Positions 7,533 to 16,981 of a stretch of DNA of 44,131 bases are shown here, one piece after another; positions within the stretch are counted from its first letter, which is position 1, and every line of letters starts with the position of its first letter. The stretch lies in the IMG/VR virus record IMGVR_UViG_3300037467_000724, positions 1 to 44,131 of that record, one strand, 5' to 3'. A model generated the notes under the pieces. The model saw nothing but the letters and a program-made list of their open reading frames with translations. It ran no database searches and was not told the DNA's origin. Origin of the DNA: a virus. Lineage: Duplodnaviria > Caudoviricetes. Made by a program: the position numbers and the translations under genes.

Positions 7533-9805
7533 TGCGCCCCTACGCCATCCACCAGCGCGCCGCGCTGACGAACGCCGGCCTGCGCACGCTGGCGGCGCGC
7601 GATTTCATCCGCCAGCGCCTTGGCGTCCTGGCCAGGCTGCTGCGTGATGTTGAAGGTGGTTTGGCTGTTGTCGTTCACGGTCGCTCCGCGTGCGGCCGGC
7701 GCAGGAATGTCTGGAAGCGATCCAGTGGGGTTGCCCATCGCATCGAACCCAACGCCCAAGTCGGCTTGGTTGCCGCCATTGTTCCAGAGCACGCCCACCT
7801 TGTTGATGACGGCACCGACGTTGTCATTGATCCACTTGATAGCATTCAGGACAGCTTCTATCGGCGTCAGCATGAAACGGAAGGCCGCGCCAACCACTTC
7901 GCCGCATACCTTGCCGGCCTCGCCAAATTGCCGCGTGGTTTCTGACGCGGCACTGATTGGCGACAGCAGCTCACCAAACCACCCCACGGCCGAACGCACC
8001 CAGCCGCCCACCGTTTCGAGTACCGGCATAACAACCGGACCGATGACGTTCCACACCGGCGCGAAGGCGTCATTGAATGCCTGCGCGATAGGCGCAAGCG
8101 CGGTGGCCATGCCTTCGAAGAATCCACTGAAAAACGATTTCAGCGGCTCCCAGTATTTGTAGACCAGCACCCCCGCAGCGGCGACTGCCGCGACCGCGCC
8201 AACGACGGCCCAGATGGGCGCACCCGCAATGGCGAACGCCAACACCACGGGCCGCACGGCCGCCAGCAGCGCAGGCAGTGCGGTCGCGCTGAGCCAGGTG
8301 ATAGCCGGAGCCAGACGAACCAGGGCCAAGCGTCCCAGCAGCCATGCGTCCTTTGCGAACGTCCATGCGTAGCCAGCTCCCAGTGTGGCGATGCGCAGGC
8401 CCACCAGCGCCATGGCGGTGCCGATCACTGCTTTTGTGACCAGCGGGTGCTCGCGCTTCGCATCGGACAGCAGGCCGATGACGGGGCGCAACCCGTCCAC
8501 GATGTCCTTGACGGCTGGCAGAACGGCGTCGCCCGTCACTACAGCGAACTCCATCATGGAGTTTTTCAGCAGCTCCCACTTCGCGGCCGTGGTCTGCATG
8601 CGCGTCTGAAACTCGCGCGACATGGACCCCTTGGCCGCCTCGCCGTTGGCCAGCTCCAGCTGGCGACGATATTCGTCAACGCCGCCCGCCAGCTTGGCGA
8701 TGGCCCCGCCCCAGTCCTTGCCGAACAGGCGCGTAACGGCCTCCATCTGCTTTTCCTGCGGCAGCGCTTTGATGCGGTCCAACACCTTCAGGATGGTGCC
8801 TTGCGTGTCCGAAATCATGCCCTTCTGCAGCTGGTCGGCCGTCATGCCGAGCATTTCCACGCCAACCTGGAACTTGCGCGGGTTCATCTTCGCGATCTGC
8901 AGCTGGCGAAGCATGCCGCTGGCGGCGGTGTCGGCGCGCTCGGCGCTCTCCCCCAGCGTCAGGAATGTGGACGCGAGCGCCGCCGCGTTCTTCGCGGACA
9001 TGCCCATGGTGGACGCAGCACCGGCCAAATCGCCCTGCATCACCTTGATGATGTCACTGGCCTTGGAAATCGCGTTGTCGTCAAGGTAGTTGATGGCATC
9101 GCCAAGGCCAGCCACTTCCTTGATGGGGATTTTGAAAATCTGCGCGATCTTCCCCATGTCTTCGGACAGCTGTGCGGCCGGCATTTCGAATGCCGTGCCC
9201 ATCATCGCTGCGGTGCGCACGAACGGAAGCAAATCCTCGTTCGCGATGTTCATCCGCGCCGCAGCGGTGACCATGTTGGCGATTTCGTTCGTTGGGATCG
9301 GCAGCTCTCGGCCCAACTGCTGGATGGCCTTGCCGAATTCGTAATACACCGGCGTGAGCTGGCCTTGCGCGTCCTTCGCGCCCTGCACCTGGCGGGCAAC
9401 GCCCATCATCGCGGTTTCGAACTTCACGGCAGCCACGATGGGGGCGGCGGCCGTTGCTCCAAGCGCCACGGTGTCCAGCACCTTCCCGCGCAGTTCCGCG
9501 CGCCGCGATGCGTTCGCGGCGAAGCCTTGGGTGATGGAATTTTCAAGCGCCTGCTTGCGCTTCAGAGCGGCAATTTGTTTGCCGATCACGTCCAGCTCTT
9601 GCTGGGCGTATTGGACCTTCAGCGCCGAACCGCTGGCCCCCAGCTTGGACTGTTCGGCCATCACGGCGTTCAGCTCGCGCTGACGCTTCGCTAGGTCGGC
9701 GACGACAGAGCCGGCCTCGCGCTTCACGGTGCTGAATGCGGCCCCCAGCGTGCTGGCGACAGCCCCGCCGATTGTGATTACCGCATTCAGTCGTTTGTTC
9801 GCCAT
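7529..9805 (-). CDS. Tail tape measure protein
   Basis: 758-aa Ala-rich helical protein with a TP901-type core (FETAMMGV, INYLDDN, LFGKDW) and hydrophobic segments. Confidence 0.93.
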   Translation of the reverse strand: MANKRLNAVITIGGAVASTLGAAFSTVKREAGSVVADLAKRQRELNAVMAEQSKLGASGSALKVQYAQQELDVIGKQIAALKRKQALENSITQGFAANASRRAELRGKVLDTVALGATAAAPIVAAVKFETAMMGVARQVQGAKDAQGQLTPVYYEFGKAIQQLGRELPIPTNEIANMVTAAARMNIANEDLLPFVRTAAMMGTAFEMPAAQLSEDMGKIAQIFKIPIKEVAGLGDAINYLDDNAISKASDIIKVMQGDLAGAASTMGMSAKNAAALASTFLTLGESAERADTAASGMLRQLQIAKMNPRKFQVGVEMLGMTADQLQKGMISDTQGTILKVLDRIKALPQEKQMEAVTRLFGKDWGGAIAKLAGGVDEYRRQLELANGEAAKGSMSREFQTRMQTTAAKWELLKNSMMEFAVVTGDAVLPAVKDIVDGLRPVIGLLSDAKREHPLVTKAVIGTAMALVGLRIATLGAGYAWTFAKDAWLLGRLALVRLAPAITWLSATALPALLAAVRPVVLAFAIAGAPIWAVVGAVAAVAAAGVLVYKYWEPLKSFFSGFFEGMATALAPIAQAFNDAFAPVWNVIGPVVMPVLETVGGWVRSAVGWFGELLSPISAASETTRQFGEAGKVCGEVVGAAFRFMLTPIEAVLNAIKWINDNVGAVINKVGVLWNNGGNQADLGVGFDAMGNPTGSLPDIPAPAARGATVNDNSQTTFNITQQPGQDAKALADEIARRQRAQAGVRQRGALVDGVGAQ

Positions 9806-9808
9806 GGC

Positions 9809-9948
9809 CTATTTCGCTTTGGGAAGTCCTTCGATCCACCAAAGGAAGCGGGAGCAAGACATGGCCAGAATTTCCTGCTCACCCCATCCTGTATGACTGG
9901 CGAGTGCCAGCGCGCCTCTGCGGATGTACTCGGGCGCTATACCACGAA
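9809..9948 (-). CDS. Tail assembly chaperone extension (gpE'-like, -1 frame)
   Basis: LA..TGW...EI..M....F.WW pattern between chaperone and tape measure; lies in the -1 frame relative to gpE; no good start of its own. Confidence 0.65.
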
Positions 9949-10188
9949 AGCCTTGAACGCTTCCTGCAGCTGCTTGTAGTCCTTGATGGTCAGCTGATGC
10001 AGGTCGCTGGGTGCCTGCATGCACAGGCTAGCGAAGTAGGCCAGCTCTTTTTCGCCGTCCGTGCCTTCCATCTTGTCCATCGCCAGCTGGTCCGCCACCG
10101 TGGGTTCGCGCATGACCAGCGCAGTCACCTTCGCGCCGCTCACCGTGATGGGCTTGTTCAGCTTGATGGTGGTTCCATCCTTTGTCAT
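9937..10188 (-). CDS. Tail assembly chaperone (P2 gpE / Mu gp41-like)
   Basis: L.KPI.V.G..V..L.MREPTV.D motif; follows the tube gene. Confidence 0.88.
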   Translation of the reverse strand: MTKDGTTIKLNKPITVSGAKVTALVMREPTVADQLAMDKMEGTDGEKELAYFASLCMQAPSDLHQLTIKDYKQLQEAFKAFVV

Positions 10189-10217
10189 TTCCGTCCCGCC
10201 TTATGAAGTCGTTTTTT

Positions 10218-10724
10218 TTACATGCCCAGCGCAGAGCGCTGAGCCGCCAACCGATCCACGCCATTGATGATGTGCTTCATGTTCGGCACATCGATTTCCT
10301 GCACCACCGTGCTGCCGTGCTGCAGCTTGTAGTAGGTCAGAGACATGGTGATCTTCAGTGAAGCCTTTTCGCCGGGCTTGGACGAGCCGGCGTCCATTTC
10401 CTTGATGCGCCCGCGCATCGTGTGGATGACCGGAGTCACCGTCCCGTCGAACGATTCCAGCGCTTCGCGCGCCACGAACGGAACGCTGGAGCCGTTGGCG
10501 ATGCCGAACAGCGCAAGCACCTTGCTGTCGTACTTCACCAGCGTGAAGTCCGATTCCATCTTCTCCAGGCCCATGTCCAGGTCGATGGGGGCATCCATGC
10601 CGCCGGCGCGGAATTCCTCCAGCTTCAGGGCGAGCTTGGGGGCGTTGAACTCTTCGGCCTGGCCGGCGTAACCCCGGCCATCCACGAAGATGTTCATGTT
10701 TTTGCGAACGTCGGATGCGGCCAT
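10218..10724 (-). CDS. Major tail tube protein (P2 FII-like)
   Basis: N.FVDG..YAG, PKL....EEFRAGGMDAP, YYKL, EIDV.NM...INGVD. Confidence 0.95.
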   Translation of the reverse strand: MAASDVRKNMNIFVDGRGYAGQAEEFNAPKLALKLEEFRAGGMDAPIDLDMGLEKMESDFTLVKYDSKVLALFGIANGSSVPFVAREALESFDGTVTPVIHTMRGRIKEMDAGSSKPGEKASLKITMSLTYYKLQHGSTVVQEIDVPNMKHIINGVDRLAAQRSALGM

Positions 10725-10772
10725 GTTGATGCGTCCTTAGAAGAAGTCTGTTCGTCAGCGTCCCGCTCGGGA

Positions 10773-12530
10773 TCAGTCGAAAATCGTCGCGATATAGTCG
10801 TTGACCATGTGCGAGCGGAACGTGATGTGCTCCGCCGGGTAGGGCGGCGTGAAGTCGAAATCGAAGTACACCTTGCCCTGCTCGATTTGGTCCGGCGTGT
10901 TCAGGTCCGGGTCTGCCCAGCAGTCGCCGCCGAGAATCGCGCCGATGTTCTCCAGGTGGCGCAGATAGTCCTTCACGCCCTCGATCACGTCGGCCACGTA
11001 GGTCTTCGTGATGTTGCGGTCCACGGCCCACAGGTGGGCGCGAAGCAGGCTGTCGTTGATGATGTCCGCCGTGCGGACCACCGACAGGAAGGCCCACTTG
11101 GGGTCACTGGACAGCGTGCGGTTGCCCCACAGGCGATAGCCATCCTGGCGGATGATCGTGGCCACCTTCGATTCGTTCAGCAGGTTGGCGCGCGCGTTCG
11201 CATCGCCAAGCGTGAAGTCGATTGCGCGCTCAGTGCCGATAATGCCGTTGATGTTCTGATTGCTCGGGGACCACCAAAATCCGCGCTCATTGTCTGACTT
11301 GGCGATAAGGCCGGCGACTTGCGCCGAACTGTAGGCGTAGACGGCCGCTCCGTTCGCATCGGTTTTCGTCACGCGCGGGTCCACCACGAAGACACGCTTC
11401 GAACCGAAGTCGCCAGCGTATTCGATGGCATCATCGTCCGTGGTGCTCGGGCCATCCGCGATGATAACGGCGCGCAGGCGATCCGCGATGCCGAGCAGCT
11501 CGGCCACCACCGCGTTGGCGTTGCCGCTGTCTCGCGTGTGCGTGAAGCCGGGGGCAATCAGAATGCGCGGCGGGAAGCCAACCACCGATTCAGCACCCAA
11601 GAAGGCATGGACACCTTCGTATTGGCCGCTGGTGGAATTCACACCGCCGATGACGTTGGCCAGCGTTCCGGCCGCGTCTTCGCCCTCTTCCACTCGCACC
11701 ACGATGACGACAGCCCCGGCCTGGTCGAAGATGGAATCCATCGCATCCGGCAGCGTGCCAGTCGAGCCGAGCTTGGCGGCTTGAATGCGCGAGCCCGCCA
11801 CCAGCACAGGAGTATTCAGCGGGAATGCTTCGTCCGCGCCGCCGGTCAGGTAGCGATTCGGAGTTGCCGCCACCGCGCCGGCCCCAGTGCTGCCGCCAAC
11901 CGGGGCCGCGAACACCACCGTGGGCGCAGTGGTGTAGCCACTGCCGCCAGCGTCAACCACCACGGATGTCACAACGCCATTGGTCAGCACCGCATGCGCC
12001 GTGGCACCCGTGCCGCCGCCGCCGGTGAAGGACACGGCCGGGGCCGACGTGTAGCCGCTACCGCCATCCGTCACAGCGATGGACGAAACGGCGTTGCTGG
12101 TCAGCGAGGATGTGGCTGCTGCGCCGCCGCCGCCGGTGTTGGCAACACCCACCAGCGCATTGGCTTCAGTGTCGCCGGCAATGGCAGTGCGCAACTGTTT
12201 GCCCGTGGTCGTGATGACTCCAGAGCCGTTCGTTGCGAGGCTGACCACGATGGCCTGGTCCGTCACGCTGACGTCCAGCGCCGAGTTGTTGGCCCTGGGG
12301 TCTTTCAGCTGAACGCTGATTTTGTTGCCAAGCACGCCTTCCAGCTTGCTGGTCCACGTCAGCGCGTTGTTCGATGCAGCCGAGCCGCTCAGCAAACTCG
12401 CCTTCACTTCGCCCTGCGAATCCGGCGCGGTGCCAACCATGCCGATGACAGCGGAACGCACGGTGGCGATGGGGCGTGGGCCGGCGTCGATTTCGAGAAC
12501 TTCAACGCCATGGAGGAACTGTTCGGGCAT
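10773..12530 (-). CDS. Tail sheath protein (P2 FI-like) with inserted domains
   Basis: FLHGVEV, FPLNTPVL, PRILIAPG, GFWWSPSN, WGNRT, FDFTP.YPAE.ITF motifs. Confidence 0.96.
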   Translation of the reverse strand: MPEQFLHGVEVLEIDAGPRPIATVRSAVIGMVGTAPDSQGEVKASLLSGSAASNNALTWTSKLEGVLGNKISVQLKDPRANNSALDVSVTDQAIVVSLATNGSGVITTTGKQLRTAIAGDTEANALVGVANTGGGGAAATSSLTSNAVSSIAVTDGGSGYTSAPAVSFTGGGGTGATAHAVLTNGVVTSVVVDAGGSGYTTAPTVVFAAPVGGSTGAGAVAATPNRYLTGGADEAFPLNTPVLVAGSRIQAAKLGSTGTLPDAMDSIFDQAGAVVIVVRVEEGEDAAGTLANVIGGVNSTSGQYEGVHAFLGAESVVGFPPRILIAPGFTHTRDSGNANAVVAELLGIADRLRAVIIADGPSTTDDDAIEYAGDFGSKRVFVVDPRVTKTDANGAAVYAYSSAQVAGLIAKSDNERGFWWSPSNQNINGIIGTERAIDFTLGDANARANLLNESKVATIIRQDGYRLWGNRTLSSDPKWAFLSVVRTADIINDSLLRAHLWAVDRNITKTYVADVIEGVKDYLRHLENIGAILGGDCWADPDLNTPDQIEQGKVYFDFDFTPPYPAEHITFRSHMVNDYIATIFD

Positions 12531-12567
12531 TTGGTTTCCTTGCGCGATCTGGCGCGGTGACGATGGG

Positions 12568-12610
12568 ATTTTCCCGGCGGCTCATCAGTCATTCTTCTTG
12601 CGGGTTTTCC
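12568..12610 (-). promoter_or_regulatory. Late promoter box upstream of the sheath gene
   Basis: - strand GGAAAACCCGCAAGAAG (12594-12610), 20 nt, then GAAAAT. Confidence 0.8.
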
Positions 12611-12615
12611 GCTTG

Positions 12616-12640
12616 AAAAAGGCCACCCCGAAGGGTGGCA
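12616..12640 (-). terminator. Intrinsic terminator after the tail-fibre genes
   Basis: - strand GCCACCC-TTCG-GGGTGGC followed by CTTTTT. Confidence 0.85.
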
Positions 12641-12661
12641 AAGGCGGGAACTTGTGATGTG

Positions 12662-13483
12662 TCAGGTGGTCAGGAAGCTGCCGGCGATCATCATCTGGCC
12701 AATGACGGTATCCATTGAGACATCTGCCGTGGCGGTCCCGGTGGGGTCCATCGCCTCGATAACAATTTCATTGTTCGTGGTTGTCACGTAAGCCTGCAGC
12801 TGCTTGTCAGCGCCGACGTTCAGGCCGTCCGTTCGAATGGAGCACGCCACCTGCTGCGCGCCATTCGGAAGGTAGGGGATGTCATTCAGCTTGACGCGAA
12901 TCCCGCCGGTTCCAGTGGTCGCGCTCCAGCCGATGTTCAGGCTGAAGAACACCCGATTGCCAACGCGCTGCCAGCTGCCGGACTGCGCGGTGTATGTGAA
13001 TGTGCCGGTGGTGCCGGTGCCGCGCGCTGTCGGCGTGAACGTGCCCTGCTCCTGAATCGCGTTCGCGTACCATTTACTGACGCTATCCGAATCCAGCGTG
13101 CGCGAAGCGTTGCTGCCCACCAGCGTGATGGACGTCCCGCCTTCGATGGTGTCAGTGCCGTTACGGTTGATGGTGACTGTGTTGGCGCTGCTGTCGATTC
13201 GGCGGAAGCGATACGTCACCACCGCGCTGGCGGCCGGCAAGTTGATCGTGACGTTCCCGCCGCTCGCGTCCACCAGGTGAAGCCCGTGGTCGTTGTACGT
13301 CAGCGCGGTGGTGCCGCTGGTGATGGTGTCGCGGTTGCGTGTAGCCGTCTGCACGGCCTCCATCGTCGCCAGCTTTTTGGTGTTGTCGCCTTTCGTCGGC
13401 GTGTTCGTCGCCGTCACATCACCTGTGGATGCATCGGCCAGCAGATTCAGCAGCAGGTCAATGCCGCGATTGAAGAGCCCCAT
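12662..13483 (-). CDS. Tail fibre / receptor-binding-type protein
   Basis: TPTKGDNTKKLATM fibre motif, VDASGGNVTINLPAA..D.SANTVTI module, EQGTFTP...G.WQRVGNRV C-terminal beta domain. Confidence 0.75.
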   Translation of the reverse strand: MGLFNRGIDLLLNLLADASTGDVTATNTPTKGDNTKKLATMEAVQTATRNRDTITSGTTALTYNDHGLHLVDASGGNVTINLPAASAVVTYRFRRIDSSANTVTINRNGTDTIEGGTSITLVGSNASRTLDSDSVSKWYANAIQEQGTFTPTARGTGTTGTFTYTAQSGSWQRVGNRVFFSLNIGWSATTGTGGIRVKLNDIPYLPNGAQQVACSIRTDGLNVGADKQLQAYVTTTNNEIVIEAMDPTGTATADVSMDTVIGQMMIAGSFLTT

Positions 13484-13495
13484 ACACCTCCCTGG

Positions 13496-14374
13496 TTACC
13501 ACTCAACGATCACCAGGCCGCGCGCGCCCTTGCCGGCGATATTGCCGCCATTGCCGCCACCGCCGCCGGGGAAACCGCCATCGCCGCCACTGCCGCCCGA
13601 ACCGCTGCCTGCGCCGCCGCCACCGCCGTTCCAGCCGCCGCCGCCTGCGCCGTGGCCGTTCACGGACTCACCGCCCGCGCCGCCACCGCCAGTTCCGATG
13701 AAGTCAAGTCCGAGAATCAGGCCGGAAGCCGCATTCCCGTCATCGCCGGAAACAGTCTTCGGGCCAGCCATCCCGCTGATACCAACGCCGCCGCTGCAGC
13801 TATCGGCGCCGCCGCCGCCGGATGCGCCGTTTTCGCCGGTCTTCCTGGCGGTTCCGGGCGAAGCGCCTTGTCCAGCGCCATTGCCGCCGTTGCCCCACAG
13901 GTTGGCAGCGCCGCCGCCGCCGGTTGGGCCGCTTCCCTTGCCGCCACTGCCGCCTGTGGTGTTCACGTCCCCACTGCTTCCGGCACCGCCAGTCTTCGGG
14001 CCAGCCGAGCTATCCGCGCTCGCGCCGCCAGTGGCGGAACAGAACGAACCAAAAGAAGAAGTTCCAGCAGCCGCGCCGACAGTGATCGCGATAACGTCGC
14101 CGGGCGTCACGTCGCATTCTTTCATCGAGAAGCCGCCGCCAGCGCCTGCGCCGGCCGTGGTGCTCACCGCGCCATTTCCGCCGCCGCCCCAGCACCGCGC
14201 GCGCACCTTGGTGATACCGGTCGGCACCGTCCAGCTGGCGGACGACGGGAATGCGCGGACCTTGCCTGTGCCGAACGAGCTGGAAATCGGATTGCTTCCC
14301 TGGCCACCGGAAAGAACATCGTTCGTGACGTTCACCGTTGTGTTGGCCGATCCTTGGGAGAGAGAACGCCCCAT
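13496..14374 (-). CDS. Glycine-rich tail fibre / adhesin-like protein
   Basis: Start moved to ATG 14374 (AAGGAA RBS). WTVPTGITKVRARCWGGGG, poly-Gly runs, terminal GARGLVIVEW. Confidence 0.8.
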   Translation of the reverse strand: MGRSLSQGSANTTVNVTNDVLSGGQGSNPISSSFGTGKVRAFPSSASWTVPTGITKVRARCWGGGGNGAVSTTAGAGAGGGFSMKECDVTPGDVIAITVGAAAGTSSFGSFCSATGGASADSSAGPKTGGAGSSGDVNTTGGSGGKGSGPTGGGGAANLWGNGGNGAGQGASPGTARKTGENGASGGGGADSCSGGVGISGMAGPKTVSGDDGNAASGLILGLDFIGTGGGGAGGESVNGHGAGGGGWNGGGGGAGSGSGGSGGDGGFPGGGGGNGGNIAGKGARGLVIVEW

Positions 14375-14393
14375 GTTTTTTTCCTTCAGTGAA

Positions 14394-14708
14394 TCATGCT
14401 GCCGGGATGCCGTGGGCGCGAGCCGACACGGTGGCCGCGCTGGCGCGAACGTAGACACGCTCGCCCTGCGACAGTGCCAGGCCGGTTCGTTCCATCACGC
14501 CGCCGTTTGCGGGAATCGTTGCGCCGTACTCGATCCATTCGGCCGCAGTAGGTGCGCCGCCGGACGTGATGGCGATGCGCGCGGTAACGTCGGCACCTCC
14601 GCGATTGACCATCATCACGTTGACGATCATGTTTTCGCCAACGGCCGCCCCCAGCGCGGTGTCCGTGTTCGCCAGCAAATCGGCGTTTCCAATCAGTCCG
14701 GTGCTCAT
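14394..14708 (-). CDS. Small virion / tail-fibre-associated protein
   Basis: 104-aa beta-rich ORF coupled to the fibre gene (WIEYG..IPANGGV.ERTGL.L..GE.VYVRA). Confidence 0.75.
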   Translation of the reverse strand: MSTGLIGNADLLANTDTALGAAVGENMIVNVMMVNRGGADVTARIAITSGGAPTAAEWIEYGATIPANGGVMERTGLALSQGERVYVRASAATVSARAHGIPAA

Positions 14709-15547
14709 GTGAATTGCCCCATGAAGTAAGCCTTGCCCGCTGCCATGCGGCGCAGGTGCAGCGGTTCATTCGGTTCGTTCTGGACGAACAGCACTTTGGT
14801 GTCGGCCGCGAGCCCAGAGGGCAGCTGCACCTGTGTGTCGCTCAGAACGGTGAAGTTGTGGACGCGAACGCCTTCCACGTACACGGCCACGCCGTCCGTG
14901 GTGCAAACCGTCAGCGTGAACGTGCTCTGCGCGGCTGCGGCTGTCTGTTCTTCTTTGACGACATCCACAACGATGTTCAATGCGGCGGTCGGATCGGACC
15001 AATACGTGTCGCCGTCTGCGTTGCTTTGCTTGGTCAACACTTGGCCGGTGGTGCCGCCGGGGAACAGGAATGCCGGCGTGATCGTGGACAGCACCCACGC
15101 GCGCGTGGCACCCACCACCGTGGCATCGATAACCAGCGTGACCACATCGGAATTCGTGACCTTGATGGCCACGCGAACCACCATTTCGCGTGTGCTGCCC
15201 TCGGAGGCAATCGGCTTGTACGTGTCTGGGAAATTTCCGTAGGCGATCAGGTCGCCGTCTGTGTCGAAAATCCCCAGTTCGCGCACGGCCCATCCGCCCA
15301 CCTCGGACGGGATGAGCATTTCGGCAATCATCACCGTGGGGTCCGAGTCGCTGACCAGCAGCGATTCGAGCTGATCGCGATACACCTCGCGCACCAGCGC
15401 AGTTTCGACACCGGTGGGGGCTGGAACGGGATTGCCGTTGCCATCGCCCACAGCCATTTCGGTCAGCTGCAGCTGCGGTCCAGTCAGGGCCTCTGCTGCC
15501 GCGATCTTGGCGGCACCTACGGCGGTCAGTTTGACGAGGTAGCTCAT
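14705..15547 (-). CDS. Tail fibre protein, P2 gpH-like N-terminal anchor
   Basis: LT.VGAAKIA, MAVGDGNG, L..EVYR, GGW.VRE.G.FD..G.LIA..N.P.TYKP...EGS motifs. Confidence 0.9.
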   Translation of the reverse strand: MSYLVKLTAVGAAKIAAAEALTGPQLQLTEMAVGDGNGNPVPAPTGVETALVREVYRDQLESLLVSDSDPTVMIAEMLIPSEVGGWAVRELGIFDTDGDLIAYGNFPDTYKPIASEGSTREMVVRVAIKVTNSDVVTLVIDATVVGATRAWVLSTITPAFLFPGGTTGQVLTKQSNADGDTYWSDPTAALNIVVDVVKEEQTAAAAQSTFTLTVCTTDGVAVYVEGVRVHNFTVLSDTQVQLPSGLAADTKVLFVQNEPNEPLHLRRMAAGKAYFMGQFT

Positions 15548-16086
15548 TCGTGGTCCACGAAAATGGTTTCACCCATGTAGGCGCGCGCGGCGTGGTACAT
15601 GCCTCCGTGCGCGATCAGCGTTGCGTCGATTCCGGTCAGGTGGCTGCGAACGTTTTTGGTTCTCAAGGCCACCGCCTCCATGGTGGTCCAGCCGCTGGCG
15701 TCAGGGATTCCGGGGCCGGTATCCTCCACGGTCAAAACAAGGCCGAAGGTGTACGGGTCGCCCAGTGGCGTCCGCTCGAACCACTCCAGGATTTCAATGA
15801 CGAATCCCAGTGCATTCAACGCGGTGCGCATCGCTGCTACCGTGCCCTTGTGGCTCTGGATGTAGAACGAATTCGCCACGGCGGCGCGCTTCTGCGGCTC
15901 CGTCCATGACGGGTTCCATTCGTCTACGCTCAACGCCCACGCAAGCCACGGCAACAGGCTGGCCGGCACCGCGTCGGGTCGGTATAGGTCCTTAATCGGA
16001 ATGGCTACGTCTGAAACGCGCGCGACGGCCTCCGCCAAAGCGTGTTCGGCCGGTGTGGCGTTGAGCGGCAGCAGGCTGTTACTCAT
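15544..16086 (-). CDS. Baseplate wedge / tail protein I (P2 gpI-like)
   Basis: Start moved to ATG 16086. SLLP.NAT..E.ALA, LLPWLAWALSVDEW, HKGT. Confidence 0.93.
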   Translation of the reverse strand: MSNSLLPLNATPAEHALAEAVARVSDVAIPIKDLYRPDAVPASLLPWLAWALSVDEWNPSWTEPQKRAAVANSFYIQSHKGTVAAMRTALNALGFVIEILEWFERTPLGDPYTFGLVLTVEDTGPGIPDASGWTTMEAVALRTKNVRSHLTGIDATLIAHGGMYHAARAYMGETIFVDHE

Positions 16087-16981
16087 CGCGCACCGGGTTG
16101 ATGGTGATGGTGACTGAAGTGCAGGCGGCGGCCTGGTTCGAGGCCACAACGATGTTCGCAGTGGGTGCCGCTATCGACACATCCTGCACACCAGGCTGCA
16201 CCAATTTGGCGATGATCCCGGCGTATGAAACGTCCAGTCCAAGCCGCTTGATTCTGGCCACGTGCGCATAAACGGCATCCTCGGCCGCTTGGCGGACCAC
16301 TTCTGCGTCGGGGCCGGGGTACAGCGTCAGTTCTGCGGTGACGGCGTAGGGAATGATTTCGGCGCTCTCTACCGTCACATTGTCCGTAAGGGGGCGCACA
16401 GATTCAGCGTCAAGCGCCGCCTCGACAGCATCCAGCAATTCGTCCGTGGCTTCACCTGCCCCGGTGCGAGACAGCACGTACACCACCACGTCACCAGGCG
16501 TCGGGCTGACTACAGAAACGTCCAATACATCGGCATCCGCTCCAAGCGCGTGGAACACGTAGCTGCCCTCCGAACCCGCCGTGGTCAGCGCTTCGAAGGA
16601 CAGCTGGATGCGCCGACGGAAATCGTCATCGGCCTCGTAAGTCGGCTCAATCGGCGGAATCGCATCGGGGTCGCCGGCATCCACCAGCAACCGTTCCACG
16701 TTGAAGTTCGATCCGATGTGGTCCAGGTCTTCGTCGTTGGCGTAGGCCAGCATGACGGCCTTGGCTGCGTCATTCACTCGCTGGCGGATCAGCACTTCGC
16801 GGTATGCGCAAACCTCCAGCACCTTGTATGCGGGGTCTGACTCCACCAGCGCGCTGAACGCCGGATAACGCCCAACGAGATCGGCCAGCATCGCCTGGAA
16901 AATGGCTTCAAACGACAGCTGCTCCACCACCGCAGGCAGCGGCAGCTTCGAGAGGTCAACGGTGGTAAACGTGCCGGCCAT
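16079..16981 (-). CDS. Baseplate assembly protein J
   Basis: DLSKLP.P.VVE.L.FE, ESDP..K.LE..AYRE, AGS.G.Y.FHA, VRPLTD.V.V. Confidence 0.95.
   Translation of the reverse strand: MAGTFTTVDLSKLPLPAVVEQLSFEAIFQAMLADLVGRYPAFSALVESDPAYKVLEVCAYREVLIRQRVNDAAKAVMLAYANDEDLDHIGSNFNVERLLVDAGDPDAIPPIEPTYEADDDFRRRIQLSFEALTTAGSEGSYVFHALGADADVLDVSVVSPTPGDVVVYVLSRTGAGEATDELLDAVEAALDAESVRPLTDNVTVESAEIIPYAVTAELTLYPGPDAEVVRQAAEDAVYAHVARIKRLGLDVSYAGIIAKLVQPGVQDVSIAAPTANIVVASNQAAACTSVTITINPVRDE

Noticed and set aside
8447-9694. 415-aa + strand ORF
   Set aside because: Antisense shadow of the tape measure gene, typical of GC-rich codon usage; no motifs.
11319-12560. 413-aa + strand ORF
   Set aside because: Antisense shadow of the sheath gene.
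13293-14729. 478-aa proline-rich + strand ORF
   Set aside because: The Pro runs are the reverse complement of Gly codons in the glycine-rich fibre gene.
12662-15547. Diversity-generating retroelement or invertible tail-fibre cassette
   Set aside because: No reverse transcriptase, TR/VR pair, invertase or flanking inverted repeats seen.
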